A stretch of DNA of 64,000 nucleotides from Ginglymostoma cirratum (taxonomy: Eukaryota). The notes under the pieces are model-generated. The model was not told the origin of the DNA. It saw only the letters and a list, made by a program, of their open reading frames with translations, and did no database searches. The translations under genes were made by a program, and so were the position numbers. The stretch lies in contig JAHRHZ010000222.1 in assembly GCA_024137785.1 (NCBI GenBank), forward strand, positions 29,416,838-29,480,837. The letters run 5' to 3'. Each line of letters begins with the position of its first letter. Positions within the stretch are counted from its first letter, which is position 1. Shown one piece after another: positions 25,207-39,289 of this stretch.

Positions 25207-26967
25207 TCAGTCTGAGGGCATAAACACGGTCAGACATCCTTTTCAGGGAAGTTATGATGAGGTGGTCCATATCTATAGAAACCAGGCAGTGGGTCACAGT
25301 CTGTGGGTAAACCCTGTGGGTCCAGTTCAGGCAATCCAGGGAGTCATGGCAACACAGTTCAGGAGCTGTACAGAAATCAGTCGAGGCCTGGTCACTCATC
25401 ATTCAGGGATGTCTGGCTAACTTACTCAAAGTGAGTGATCCAGGGGCACCATTCACTAAATGTCGAGAGGGAAATGGGTTACCAGAGTGTCAGTGTTGCA
25501 GGTTGGAGGCTGGGGAGGGCAGGGTAAGTGCTGCCATCTCTAAGGGGGCTTTTCTGTAACTTATAACAATATAGGGCGCTTCCAAGGGCAACACCCTAGC
25601 AGGCAGACTCTCAGACAGTGAAGGTCAACGTACGAACACTTGTGAACTCAGCATTCCTTGTGACCCTTAGACATTAGCTTCCAATCCAACTCCTTGACCC
25701 AAGCTCCCCTGACCATTCCACGCAGGTTAACAGCTGAGTCCCACTAATGTCTGTGATGCCGTAGCAATGTCTGTTCACCTCGAAAGATGAAGCCTGGTTG
25801 TTAAGGTTACAGTGACCTGCAATTCACCCATTGCCTGTTCATGGGACAGCAACTGCTCACTTCACATCTTGATCCATGGAACATTATCTCAGAGGCTTCA
25901 GTAGCTTTCAAGTTGCATTGGCTACATAGAAACTCACACAAACAGATGCTAGTCAGAATTGAACATATAAATTTACAATGTGAAAACTTACTTACAATGC
26001 TGTGCAGCCAATGAACCCTCAGCAGGTCTTTTCTTTGTCCTGCATCCCAGTGTAGACCCCACAGCTGGGGTAGAAGGTGCATGATCTACAAGGAAGCCTA
26101 TTGGTCTTGGAGCTTTGGCTCGCCACCTGGGGGGTGTTTGTATCTAGAGGACCCAGGCATGCTCAATGTCCTTCCCAGAGACAAGTTCAGCCTCCTCGAC
26201 TTGAAATCCCACAGATCTGAGGGTGGCAGGCAGGATGGATAGGGAATCTGGCCACCTTTGAAGTGCTCAAGAGGACATCTCTGGATTCCTGTCTGTGCTT
26301 CCTCCTCTGGCTGGGTTCCTATTAGCACTACCAGTCTCCTTGTGAAGAAAGGGCACCTGGAGTATGGGCAAGGTCCTTTGCACCCCTATCACCTTTGCCT
26401 CTGATGCTGGAAGTCAAAACTATTGCACTGTGATGGCCATCCCCTGTGCCCCCGCAAGCCCCGCCCCCAAACCTGTGACTTGCTCCTATAGCTACTTTAT
26501 ATTCATCTGAAATCACAAATGGCAGACACCATGGGGTCCTCTCTGGCCTGGGGCTCTAACAGTCTTCTGAGTACCAGTGGCCTGGGGCATTTCTTCCTCT
26601 GAAAGCTGGAGAGAAATGCTGGTGAAGTGCTCATCAGCAGATGTCCCTGATCCCAACCTTGGTAAAATAACCACCTTCGCAGTGCTTCCTCTGAGGACGA
26701 AGCTCTCTTCCTCAGTGGACTCGTGGAGTATTTCTGCCGTCCACAGCCAAAATGGACAGGTGTCTGGTACCTGCAAAACTCAAAAGAGGCAAAGTATTGT
26801 GACTGAGAATTAGAAACTGTGGCAGAACAAAAATATACTGACAGTGGGATTAATGTGAGAGTTGTGCTACAGTGAACAACGAGTCATCCTTCATTGCTAC
26901 AACATAGATGTCCCTGCATCTCTGTAATACTTATCCCAGTCCTCTCAGCAAGAGCCAAGACTCTCCT

Positions 26968-27588
26968 TGCAGAGTTTAGAAGAATGAGGGGAGGATCTCA
27001 TATAAACCTATAAAATTCTGACACAGGGTGGTGTATTTATCAAATGAGCTGCCAGAGGTAGTGGTAGAGGTGGGTAAATTACAACATTTAAAAGGACACA
27101 TATATGAATAGGAAGGGTTTAGAGGGATAGCAGCCAAATGGAGGCAAATAGGACTAGCTTACTTTAGGAAACCTTGTTGATGTGGGTGAGTTGGACAGAA
27201 GTGTCTGTTTCTGTGTTGTATGACTCTATGACCCTATGACTAGACAAGGCACACACAGGTAAGATGTTCAAAATGACTGGGCAGTCTAGAGCAGGGGTAA
27301 TGCTTCAAAGATACTGAGTAGACCATTCAAAACCTGGAAGAGGAGAAATGTATTCATCCAAAGAGTGGTGAGCCTCTAGAATTCTCTGCCACAAAAGGTA
27401 TTTGAGCCCAAATCATTTAATGTTTTCAAGGAGGAGTTAGATGCAGGTCTTGAGCTAAAGGGATAAAAAGGTCTGGAAGAAAGCGGGAACAGGATAAGAT
27501 GTTGGATGACTAGCCATGATCATATTGAATTGTGGAGCAGGATTGAAGGCCCAAATGGCCTATTCGTGCTCCTATCTTCTATATTTCC
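26968..27588 (+). mobile_element. Two nested CR1 3' ends
   Basis: CR1 ORF2-end-like gagtttagaagaatgagggg..atctcat..aaacctataaaatt; inner 3' end finishing tatgactctatgaccctatgac (~27240); outer copy resumes and ends ggcctattcgtgctcctatcttctat. Confidence 0.75.
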
Positions 27589-28144
27589 AGTGAGGAGAGG
27601 AGTTGCATGTCACGCACCCTCATAACCACACTGGCCCTTTCAGCCTGAGCTTTTCTCCTGAGCTCTGGGCTTTTCTCCTATAATGAAAGAAGGAAAGAGA
27701 ATAAGTGAGATAACATTGGTTGGCAAAGATTTAGTGCTGATACAGGTGGAGGAAGGAGAATGAGGTGTCCTGAGTGAGTGATTAGGGACTGCAAAGGATA
27801 TGTAAGGTTAGTATTCTGCAGGGGTCAGGATGAGTAAGAACAAGGAGATGCCACATGCGAGAGTGAGAGAGGTAGAGTATGAGCCATGGGGGAAAGACTG
27901 TGCAGCAGCTCAGATGGAGTGAGTATTAGGGGACAGAGATAAGATGATCGCACTTACCTTGACTGAGGGGAGAAGGTCACTGACTTTCTACCTGCATTGT
28001 TGGGCTTTCCTCTGAACCATGTCATGACCTCAGACCAGGCTGGCAGGGCATGGTCTCCTTGGCAATCTTGTGGAAAAGGACGACCCTCCTCTGCACCACT
28101 CTATCTGTCTGTAAAATGGACCACTAATTTCTCCTTGCCTGCCA

Positions 28145-28428
28145 ATGTAGTTAACTCAGCCACATTAGGGGCATTTAAACAGTCCTTGGATAAGCATATG
28201 GATGATGATGGGGTAGTGTAGGGGGATGGGCTTAGATTAGTTCACAGGTCGGCGCAACATTGAGGGCCAAAGGGCCTGTTCTGCGCTGTTTTGTTCTATG
28301 TTCTATGTTCTATGTTCTATGTTCTATGTTCTATGTTCNNNNNNNNNNTGTTCTATGTTCTATGTTCTATGTTCTATGTTCTATGTTCTATGTTCTATGT
28401 TCTATGTTCTATGTTCTATGTTCTATGT
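28145..28428 (+). mobile_element. Young 5'-truncated CR1 insertion with 13-bp TSD
   Basis: tccttgcctgcca at 28132-28144 and 28429-28441; CR1 tail ggcgcaacattgagggccaaagggcctgttctgcgctg followed by (gttctat)n. Confidence 0.9.
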
Positions 28429-28429
28429 T
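28293..28429 (+). repeat. (GTTCTAT)n 7-mer microsatellite, CR1 tail; includes 10-N gap 28339-28348
   Basis: Perfect tandem repeat. Confidence 0.97.
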
Positions 28430-30519
28430 CCTTGCCTGCCATCACATCCACCAAACTGTGTGCAGCTGTGCAGGGAAGCTCCCAAACATCAGTGTTCATT
28501 AAGGTGTGCCACAATGTTTTAAAGATGGCACCGGTGCCGGAGATGCCAGGCTATCCTGGGATGTCCGCCCAGTGGTGAGATCTTCCATGTATGGCAAGTT
28601 GTAGAATCAGGCTAGTGTCAGTCGAGAGCGTGACTATAACGGCAGGGCGGATAGTAGTGAGGTTAGTTTGAGATGATAGTCCAGGGTAACTTTCGAGGTT
28701 TTGTGGAGAGAAACCCCTCATGAAATTTGATGAAATTGACACAGAAAAAAACACAGTCAGATTCACTTCATTGTGTTATTGCACTCATGTGGATCTTAAG
28801 GCTCTGTGCTTACTTTCTTAGTGCTCGCTCCATTTACCATTTACTAGGAAGGTGCTATCCCTGGTATGCTTCATATTGCTTTCTTAGCACAAACTGAATA
28901 ACTTCAGCGCTGACATAAAGGCATCCAGAATCTATGTGGCCGACACTGCTTTCTTGGTGGAGAAGGATTTTCGTGCTCAGTTACTGGTGGCCGGAATCCA
29001 TGGCTTGCTTTGTATTTTATGTTACAGGGAAAGGCAGGCAGATGATGACACTGGGGAGCACTGAACAGTCAATCTACCATTCAGATAGGGGATGGACATG
29101 TTAATGTGAGGTACTATGCTATATCAATATCAGATGTGCAGCATGTGCCAGCAGTTCACTCGGCAAATACACTGCATCTGCTTCAAGCAAATGGTGATGT
29201 GTGAAAGTCAAGGGGGAACAGTCCTTAGTGGGCTGAAGGGAAAATTATATTCAGTCAATCAGTACCATCACAAGCCAGGGAAGGGATTCATCCAATTCCA
29301 GTTCCGGCGTCAGAAGCTAAGTTCAAACAACATCAGCCAATGGATAGTAATGGTATGCCAATCAATTTCAAACAGTTTGAAAAATTGTATCTGCCTCACA
29401 AGTGGGTGCTGCTTGCCAGTGTTGAATTTAGTGTATACAGGTGCATAGTAAAAGAATATATGAGTTTTCTTTATGATACAGCAGAGGTAGACTCAGATAC
29501 TGATCTGACTGATGTATGCTGCTGGTTAATCCAATGATTTACTCTGCTTCTACTGGCTCCTCCTCCAAAGTAACAGCTAATACAGCATCTGTGCTACAGC
29601 CCGACTGGTGTAGTCACGACAGACTCCTCTTTGACTAGTTCTAGCTCCGCTCATGTCTCGAAATTTGGTTAATTCTCTGCCACTTCCCAGCACATTTCAA
29701 TGTCTGAAACTTTTGGAGTGTGTACATCCAGTAAAACTTGAGCAAAAATTCACAATTCTGGTTAATTTATGGTAAGAGAGCTAATGTGAGTTAGACCTGT
29801 TTTCTCCCTGAGCAATTTTAGCATGATATGCTAAAATATTAGCACTCACTATAAGACATTTCATGTGCCAATTCTAACTCTCAGGGAAAATTAAACCCCT
29901 GAGTGATTTTTCTCAATCAAGAGAAACAATTGTACTGACATTCTTTAATATCATTTGCAGCTTACAGTTCAGTTGTTAACAGTTGACGTCTGTTGACAGC
30001 ATAGTAATTTAATAAATTAAACAAACTAAGCCTCATCTTTAAAACAGCCCATTTTGTGATGTGACTGCAACTGAGTCTTAGACCTATATTAGAAATGATA
30101 GCAAGTAATTATTTTTGAATTAGTGACACTTGCTTATTATAACTATGTACAATTGGCAACTAATTAATCAGCCAAAAAGTGGAACTCTGACATTGTGTTT
30201 AATTCTCACTCACTGGGTGTTAGTGCTAACAAAGTTACAGCCAGTGTGGAAGAAACACTGCCAACAGTGTGATCAATACTGTTTTCCATTTATAGTATCA
30301 GTGCAAACTGCTGTATTATTGAAATGAAGTCATCAGTATAGACAAACATATATGATACAAATGAACTCATGAAAGAAGTAGAAATGAGCAAGGGTTTAAA
30401 TTAAGTTGTCCAGTTGGAAATTGCAAAAATTTACAGAACTAAATGGATTTTGAAAATTCCTCTCTATTGCACTTTCTGCTGTTACACACCTAAATACAAA
30501 ATAAATGGAGCTTCTTGGA

Positions 30520-30990
30520 GGTGGAATATTATATATGTCTAATTGTATACTACTTTACTAATGCATGCTTCATTTATACAATACTTATCATATTATAACA
30601 TAATATATTATTAAGCCATTAAAGTTTTCTCAAGGATATATTATAAATATTTAATGTAAGACTCCATTGGTGAAATTAATATTAATTTATATTTTATATG
30701 ATTATGTCATCCATCATTTGGTTACACAAATTATTATAATTACAAGTTTAGTTAAAATAAGATACCATTTTATAATATATTTATTTGTAAAATAAATCAT
30801 TATGATTTGTGGTATATTGCTGTATTTAGTATTTACGTACCAACATAATATTATTTTATTGTATCATTATTGATTTACATGTTACATAAAATTGTATGGC
30901 TGGCTTAGTTATGAATTTACTTGTAAAGATTATATTAATATGGTTAAAGATTATTAATCATTGTTTCTTTTAATTTGTTCCTTACTATTA
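30520..30990. repeat. Extremely AT-rich low-complexity tract
   Basis: Dominated by tat/taa/att motifs, very few G/C. Confidence 0.7.
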
Positions 30991-32179
30991 ATGAAAAAGT
31001 TTTCTCCCCTCCAATCAAAGTTTTCTATTGCTGTGGACCTTGCATTTACAGAAACACACTCCAACTTTCTACAGCAACGAAATCACATACTCATACCTAA
31101 TGTGTCCACCATTCAGAGAGTGGCAGAGAATTCAAATTTATTGCAAATATTCCACCTCAGTAAATAACATCATAATTCAACACTGAAAAACGGCAAGAAG
31201 TGTAATTTTCTGATAGCAGTGCTTTCTTTTTGCTTGATTTTTTTTATTAGTTTATTATAAATGGATTATACTTGTAAAATATAAATCAAGTCATTTTAGC
31301 TGATTTACCTCCTTGAGACATTTTGGAGTTCTCATTGGAACCTTAGCAGCAGCTTAAACAAAGAGCAATGTACGTTTTTCTGTGTGTCAGCTTTTCACAT
31401 AAATATCTCAGTAACTGCTGATCTTATCATCATAAAACCTCCATTTATACAGTTAGGCATGTCATGTTGGTCAATTGCACAAAAACTTAACCACATGCAA
31501 TATTAAACTCAATCCCATGCCATCTCCATTAGCTGGAATTTTTAAGTTCTATCAATGCACTGTACCTTAAAATCCTATGTTCTAATTTAAAATGCACTGA
31601 ATATGAAATTATGAGTGACACTACTGATTGAACAGAGGCAGAATAAAGTTGTTGAAACCAGTTAACTCGGGCTGGATCCTTTCAATATCATTTGGGTCTC
31701 TTTTCCACTTTATCTAGGGCATCACTGTACAGCTGAACAATATTTTCATTATTCCAATCAACTAATCTGACTAAAGAGTGCCAAAAGTTGCAAGTAACAT
31801 TTTAAATCTTCTTATTGTAATACACTTACATTTTGCACTCAGAATGAGTAAGGTTTTAATGAAAACAAATTGTATTTGTTTTAATGTTTCGGTATAAAAT
31901 GAAAACTTACATCTTGCAGCGTCTCTAGGTATTAGGCAAAACTTAGTTGTTCAATCCATACTCCAATACGTGCTTCCTATTTAAATGAACCTTTATGGCA
32001 AGTTTAGTCTTCTGATTTTAGCATGTTGCCAAGTATTTTTAACTCAGCATCAACACGCAAAAGGTTCTACATGCATTTCCTATTATATAAAATATAACAT
32101 TTCCCTTCATTGTTGCATGTTAGGTCTGTCAGTGTTTGACACGCTCATCATTTTTTGCTAATGCTGCACAGAATATGAC

Positions 32180-32600
32180 ATTTCAATGTTAAAATAGGAT
32201 ATATTTTCCAGACAGTATTGTAATAAAAATGACATTTTTAAGACACGAGTTTTTCCTGTCATAGGGCAAAAAAAAATTCAGTAACTGCTGGTAATCTTTA
32301 ACTGACAACCAGCACCGAAGCAAACAAAAGCAAGACCTAGACTGGTGACGACAAAATCTGCCTGAACCTTGCGGTTGGACCAACAAAAAAACCAGGGAAG
32401 AGCAACTACTCCGCACAAAATAACTATTTTGACCATTCTTTTTTCTCCTGCGAAGAAGGTTTTCTGAAGACCTTTAAAAATGAACATAATTACATATATT
32501 CTCTGTATTGTACAGAGAGCCCTTTGTATAGCTCCTGTAATAGCCATTAGTTTGTATTTCTTACATGGTTAATTGGCTGATCATACGTTGAACTGAAGCC
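32180..32600. promoter_or_regulatory. Candidate conserved non-coding element
   Basis: Repeat-free, retained CpGs, CTGTCA/TGACA, Sox-like AACAAAAG and TAAT/ATTA sites. Confidence 0.3.
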
Positions 32601-35600
32601 TTTCCAGATATTGATGTGTCATTTTCAATTCATAATAAATCAGTTCATGGACTAAATATAAATAAACAAATAATTGACTCTATTCTGCAATGTGCTCATT
32701 AAAACTGCCCACAAAAATGAACTGTATATACTATTGAATGACATTGCTTATATTTTGCATTTTGAGCAGATGTTTCTCAGTCCATTAGTGATGGACCAGA
32801 AGGCAGGAGAGCCAATGATTAGCGGGTAAAGACACTGAGCGAGGAACCTGTCATCTTCTACTGTCTTGCCTCATTCCAGTGGCTGAGGACCCAACAGCTC
32901 AGTTTCCCAGCAGACTGTAATTTGAACCACTTAACTGACCACTTCCCACATCCAGAAGCATTTTGCCCATGTTGTGAGGCCCTGCCACTGTGAAACGTCC
33001 TCTGGGTGAACGTTATGTCCTCTGAGGAAGGGTTCTAGAAGGGGAATCTTCCTTTGTGAATACTCAATGATTCATAGCTAACTGCACCTGGCAGTAGCAC
33101 CATTGATGCTCAGGATGCCCACGCACTCCAATCCTCAAGATTTACCTGCCTAATCCCAGTTTCCCATAAACCATAATTTAACTCTTCAAGGGGACTCCAT
33201 CTTTTAAGTGCGCTGCTCCTGGTGTTGCAGCCTTAGCAGTAGCCACCAATAATGCTGGTGCTAATAAAGTGCTAAACTCTGATGGCTCTGATATTCTTAA
33301 TGACATGTCAATCCCTATGACTGCCTTTTAACTGGCTGCCACTTGTGTTATGCTACATTGGGACCAGCTACCTGCCGAAATCTGATGGCAGAATGCCAAG
33401 ATAAGCCACAATTTTAAGCCCTTTGTCTTTGACTGCTTATGATGCACTTCCCATTTTTATAGGAAGTTGACACAATAATTTGAATTAGATCATAGGCAAC
33501 TGCATTATTAGTTTAAATCTATAATGTGGTAAACTCTGATTTGTATTTCACAATTAAAATGTTTTTTAAAAAGTTGATAACATAGTTTCAGCTTACAAAA
33601 GCTCTTTGGTAAGTGATAATATTTGACGAGCCAATGTTTGTTGCTGTGAGATTGGACTTGGTCACTTTAGGCAGCCTCTCCTCGCGGCAGCAGGGAAGTT
33701 CACTAATCAGTTTGGAGAACCAACAAAAGCCTCACACTGTCTATCCCATGGTAGACCTACTAAACCACAATACAGCCAGGCATTAACAAGGCCACCAATG
33801 TGTCTGCACCTGGAATCAAGACCCCTGAGGTTGGATGTCCTTCCGAGCAAGAATTGTCAGCCAGTCAGCAGCTGACAGAGGAGGCAGTGACTGCCATGTA
33901 AATATATCTGACTGCTCCCCTCTCCCAACGCAGAGCCCCAGGATCATGGAGAGCTCATTACAGAGGAATATCAGTAAAGGTTTCTAGATTTGGGGACACA
34001 GGAAGAGATAGAAGTGGAATCAGAAGCAAGGGTGGGCAGTTGGCTCCCAGCAGGCATGACACTCTGCCCGATATCTAACTCCTTGATTAGGCACTGATTG
34101 CCTAATTCCCTACCACCCCAAGATGTAACAAGGTGGATTAATCCCGCCAGCATTAGCCTGAGCCCTAGTGGTAGTCCATACCTGGTCATTTAAGAGCCTC
34201 AGATGGTATCAGGGGAAGAGCATTTCTGCTCAGAATTTAATCCTAGAGGAGGCAGGAAGGCGGCAGGGTTGGATACACTGCCACCACACCTAATCATGTG
34301 CCTTTCCCACCTCCATGCTTTCCACTTGCAGGAGCAAAAGTTTCGGCCATGTTGTTTTATTTAAAGCTACAAAAATCCTGCAGCATTTGTTCATAATTTG
34401 CAGTATAACTTAAAAAATGTTGACGACAAAATCTTCTGAGACTTTTTTATTACAACAACAGAAAAAAGATCACAGTAGATGCCAATAAGCATAGACATCA
34501 ATTATTTTTTAATTGTGTAAAAGTACAGGACACTAATTAAAGCTAGTATATCTTAGAATGCCAAAGGCAAAATTAATTATTAATTTTTATTAATATTCAC
34601 GAGCAACACAGAGAACATATTAGGCAGATTTTGGTGTTTCTGTGGTCCTGCTGAGTTTTGTGCTTGAACTGAAGAATATTATACTGTTCTATTTAACATG
34701 TTTTATTAGGCATACAGTTCATTTACTCAACTACAGGGCTTTACAGAATAAAAAATTCAGCTGCCATTTTCTTGTATGAAACATATAATTCTGACTTAAG
34801 TTTTCTGATACATCCAGTGGTATGTCAAGTAGGTTAGTTTTTCAAAGGGGAGCTGATATTTATCATAGTTTTTGTAGTTCTTTTGCTTCATGCATCTGCA
34901 TTCTCAATAAGCATACACAATTCTTTCGTTCCGAGCAATTCTGATAATTCCACAAACAATATGGAATTCTTTTCATTTTAATACAACTTCCTCTAAGCTC
35001 ACAATGGAACTTATAAAATGTAGCATCCGATCACAATATTAAGTCAAGCATTGCTTTCATCAAAGCAATTGAATTCATTAGTATTCTGTTCTATGCTTCA
35101 ATCTATTTTGTGCTATTTGAGAAATACCACATTACATCAGGCAAGCTCAGGCCACCTCTGCTTGCCAAACATGGAATGTATTACTAGATCTGCCAGTGAC
35201 CCTTCAGAAGACTTCACACTTTGATCCAAGCCTTTCCAGTTTGCAGTCCTTCTAACTGAAACTCCAATCCTTGATTATAGATTTCCAGGTTCTGGAACTA
35301 TAGATCAGTCATACAAACATAGAAGTCAGTAATAAATTAGACCAACCATAACCGGTTCATAACGGTTATCCTGTTTACATGCACATGGCAGTAATTGCTT
35401 ACAATCTGATAGAAATCTTGCTGAAAATTGAAGAATTGTATCCACAAACGTTGTAACGCAGCCGTTATTCAGACACTTCAGACTATGCTGTATTTACTTC
35501 TTGGCTGGCTGTGTTTTTCTTTTCCCATCTAATTTTGAGTGTGTGCTTCATTTAGCACTCTCTTTGTACTGTATCCCAACAACCTTTGCTCATATCAATA

Positions 35601-36979
35601 CTCACTCAGAGGCTACAGAAAGATAATGATAAATCCAACACACTTTCAAAGGTTTTTTTAAATAGAGAGAGGTATTTAGTATTTTTAATAAGTGTCTTCA
35701 CTACTATTGAGTCAGTTTCTTTGTTCATATCAGAAGATTAATTATGCTGTCAGGCACTTTCAAGGCCTGCTTAACAAAGATTCAGTGATATAATGCTTTG
35801 CTTTGCAATGCCTTTTTTTCTGCATAGCAATCAAAATCAGCAAAAGAAAGTATAAAATTCATCCAAAACTCGGCATTTGGTATCACCTTCTTAGGTGACA
35901 ACAGTCAATAAAGTAACAAACATTTGTTCTCAGGTTCAGGAGCTACATCCGTAAACATCATTAAAACAATGACAAATAGATATTTATGCTTAGATCTCTG
36001 ACTCGGCTCACATGGTCATAAAGCAATGCTGATGGATTGCACGAATGTGAACAAATTATATTAGATTATAACTATTGCCTATAAACATTCTAACAGCTGA
36101 AATAAGGGTTTAAATCAAAAAACTTTCATTAAGTTCTCTACACATTGCATTAAGCACCCATCAGAACCAGCATTTAATAAATATTGGACTTTATTCTTCT
36201 TTTCAATTCTTTCTCTACTAATTGGAACACTGTTCATTGCAATAATTTACATACTGAGAATCTAGCCCTAAAATATGCATTTGCAATGAGCTCAATCAAT
36301 TGTGGTTTATTCCTGAAATAAAATAACTTGCTGTGAGGTTGTCAATCGATGAAGAGTGAACTTTGAAGCATTTCTATGTTTTTAGACTGAAGTATTTACA
36401 TGTGCATATTTTTGTATCTACATATGAAAATCCTTCTGCTGGAATCCCAATACTCATAGTGGATATGTATGATTGATTTGCACCTAAGCTGCTGGCAAGT
36501 GAGTAATATAACTGGGAACCGATTTACTAATTGTACAAAAGAAGATAGGTATAGATGGTATATGGTTCTATCTCAGTCAAACGGTATGACTGGTCCCACC
36601 CCTGCAATAGATTTTAATCTTTGATTTTGTCATTTGTTACTGTCACCATCAAGTGCTGCCAGGCCAGAGGTGACAAAAGTTGAATGTTGTTTGAAATTCT
36701 TTTTACATTGTCTCAACAATAGCTTGAATGCAAAGTTGTAAAAAAGTGCTCTGAATAACATTATCAGGAATATATGCATATGTCATTTGATTTTTAGGAC
36801 TTTAGGAGAGATTGCCAATAATGTCGTAGTTACAGAAGTTTTATTCGAGGAGAAGGTGTTGAGACCAGCAGTTTTATTTCACTAAGGAATCTTACTGTAA
36901 TTCACAATACAACAGCCTTTCATGCTGTTAATGAAGACTGTATTTGAACTTGGATTACCTTCATACTGCGGAGAATTTA

Positions 36980-37095
36980 GATATTTTCTAATCAAACCAT
37001 TCAGGGGTGTTATCACATATCTCAGGAGCAGATACAACTTGAAGCTGGGCCTCCTGGCCCAGTGGTAGGGACAATACCACTGCTCCATCAAACCT
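36980..37095 (-). mobile_element. Short tRNA-like SINE head fragment
   Basis: Minus strand ggagcagtggtattgtccctaccactgggccaggaggcccagcttcaagtt resembles A/B-box architecture. Confidence 0.5.
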
Positions 37096-39289
37096 TCCCC
37101 CCGATATATTGATGTAGGGGATGTGATGTTCCCAGCTGACTAAAGTTCTAAATAATGGACAAATACCTGTCATATTCATAATACTAAACTCTTTTGGGAC
37201 TTTGTAAAGTTCTTGAAGTGTCATACATGTCAGACAGAGTCAAAGTACTTGCTCTATAAGGATGCTTGTACTATCAAAGTTCTTATACACTATACTGGGG
37301 AGAAAGAGCTATGCATTTGTGCAATGTTGCAAGGCCGTACGGAAACAGCCTGGAAAAGCAGTGGGTAGTTGCTGACACAGTGCAAGTTTAAAAGTTAGTG
37401 TCGAGGGCATCACAGTAAAAGAAGGGTAGAGTGGTTAAGAAGGGAGAAATTTAAATTAGTTACTTTGTCTGAAACAACAAGATAAGAACCAAAAAGCACA
37501 ATTTCAAAATATATTAAGGTATATGAACAAACCTGGTGTTAACGCTTCCCTGTTCAATAAACTGGAGACATGTAATATCCAGCACCAAGAATTTAATTCC
37601 ACAGGCATTGTACACAGAAAATGTCAGAACAAAATAGAGGGAGAGTTTAAACATTTTTAAAAAATCAAGTGCTGCTGACAAATTAAGTATAATGAGCCAG
37701 CTGATATACATGGTGGGAAATATTTTCCAAATGTCAAAGATCAACACTTTACCAATGGTCTGCAACATTGTTTTGTGTCCCTAGTCTACTTAAATATGGA
37801 AGAAATCGTAATAAAGAAATAACTTCCTCATTTTCTTTACATTCCATGTTGTCACATGTTCTTTTTTCTGGAATAGACTCCATTTTTGATCAATTTGCTT
37901 TTGTTTTATATTCTATAGCAACAATATTTTAAATATTTTTGGGTTATAAGAGATATGCTGTTAAAGAGATCTTAATGGAGTTTAGGAGATGATTTGGTAG
38001 CCTCTGCATTGCTATAAATGAATGAAGTACAGCTTAAGCAATATTGCTATATGGCTGTGACATGACCACTATCATTTACATATGGTATCAAGTAATACTG
38101 AAGAGGACAGTATTAGTACCAGCAACATGCTGACTCGCTGCAATGAAATTAAGCTCTTGTGGTTCAGAGATTGATTTGAACCAGCACTACACCCCAGATT
38201 GTCTATAAAGCTTAAAATTCCAACAGGAATAAAATTTGTACTTTTAATTCACTACTATCATTCTTTCACTTGTACAGAGTCCATTGTATGCATAATTGAG
38301 ATTTTCACACATATGAGTTGAATGCATACCAAGCATTATCAATGAACAATCATTTATTGAGTAATGAGTTAATTTCTACTGCTGTCTCGTTCTGCTTTTT
38401 AGCACAGGATCATACTGAAATAGAAACCTATGTTCAATATAATGTATCAAAGAATGTATACTTTCTACTTTGCACCATAAATGGAAACACTTAGAAGCTT
38501 TCCTGATTTTAGTCATCAGTGATTAAAGATAAAACCCATGTAATACAGCTTCTACATGTGACAAATTCTAACCCAGTACATAAGTGACCCAGTGAGACAG
38601 TGTCATAGGACAAGTGAAGCGAATCTAGTCACAAGAAATAACAGGGTCATAAGACATTGCTAATGAAGTCATAGCAACTGGTGTAGAGAGCCAATCAGAC
38701 AAAGCGACAATCTGTAATTGAGGATTATAATTAGCAGAAAAAATAACATGCCTTAGCTGGATTCTAGGGGAGCTGGTAATGAAATGAATGATTGGAAATT
38801 ATAAAAACAGATTCCATAAGATTAGTGCAAACATCAGAACAAGGAAGAAATCTAATTAACAAAAGGCAAATCTGTCCATAATCTGAAATAAGAATGCCAA
38901 ATGATTGAGCAGTGCGGAGATATATTATAGCACTGCAGCCTGATGTAACGTATATGTACAGAGAATCTGCTTATTTTCTGAATAGATCAAAAGTGATTGT
39001 ATCTGAATAATAATTAAATAAAATAATAAAAACTGGTACGTGCAGGCTAGGATTAAAAAAGCTCTTTTCATAACAATCTCAGCATGAGAGACCAGATGAG
39101 GGCTTTTCAGCAGTTTCCAAGAAAGCAACATTTGAAATTTAGCGCAATCTATTACCACCTTTTCAGTACTTTTGGGACATAGCTTAGGTTTAAGAAATTC
39201 AAATGTATTTAGATTTTTTAGGAACAATTTGATCGCAACAAGATTCCATTTTATGAACTAAAATACACTACCTGAAAATTGTAACTTCC

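Larger units (their letters stand above)
23485..28770 (-). mobile_element. Long Harbinger-family element with intron-containing Myb/SANT-like gene relic; hosts a SINE and CR1 insertions
   Basis: Terminus ggggcagaatt at 23485; other end homologous (inverted) to 9534-9650; minus strand 28100-27959 reads DRVVQRRVVLF..PAWSEV..RKAQQCR*KVSDLLPSVK followed by a GTAAGT donor; further acceptor-like sites ~27678 and ~26772. Confidence 0.7.

Noticed and set aside
28260-28578. ORFs with MFYVLCS repeats; possible CRISPR-like array
   Set aside because: Translation of the (GTTCTAT)n CR1 tail; no spacers; eukaryotic DNA
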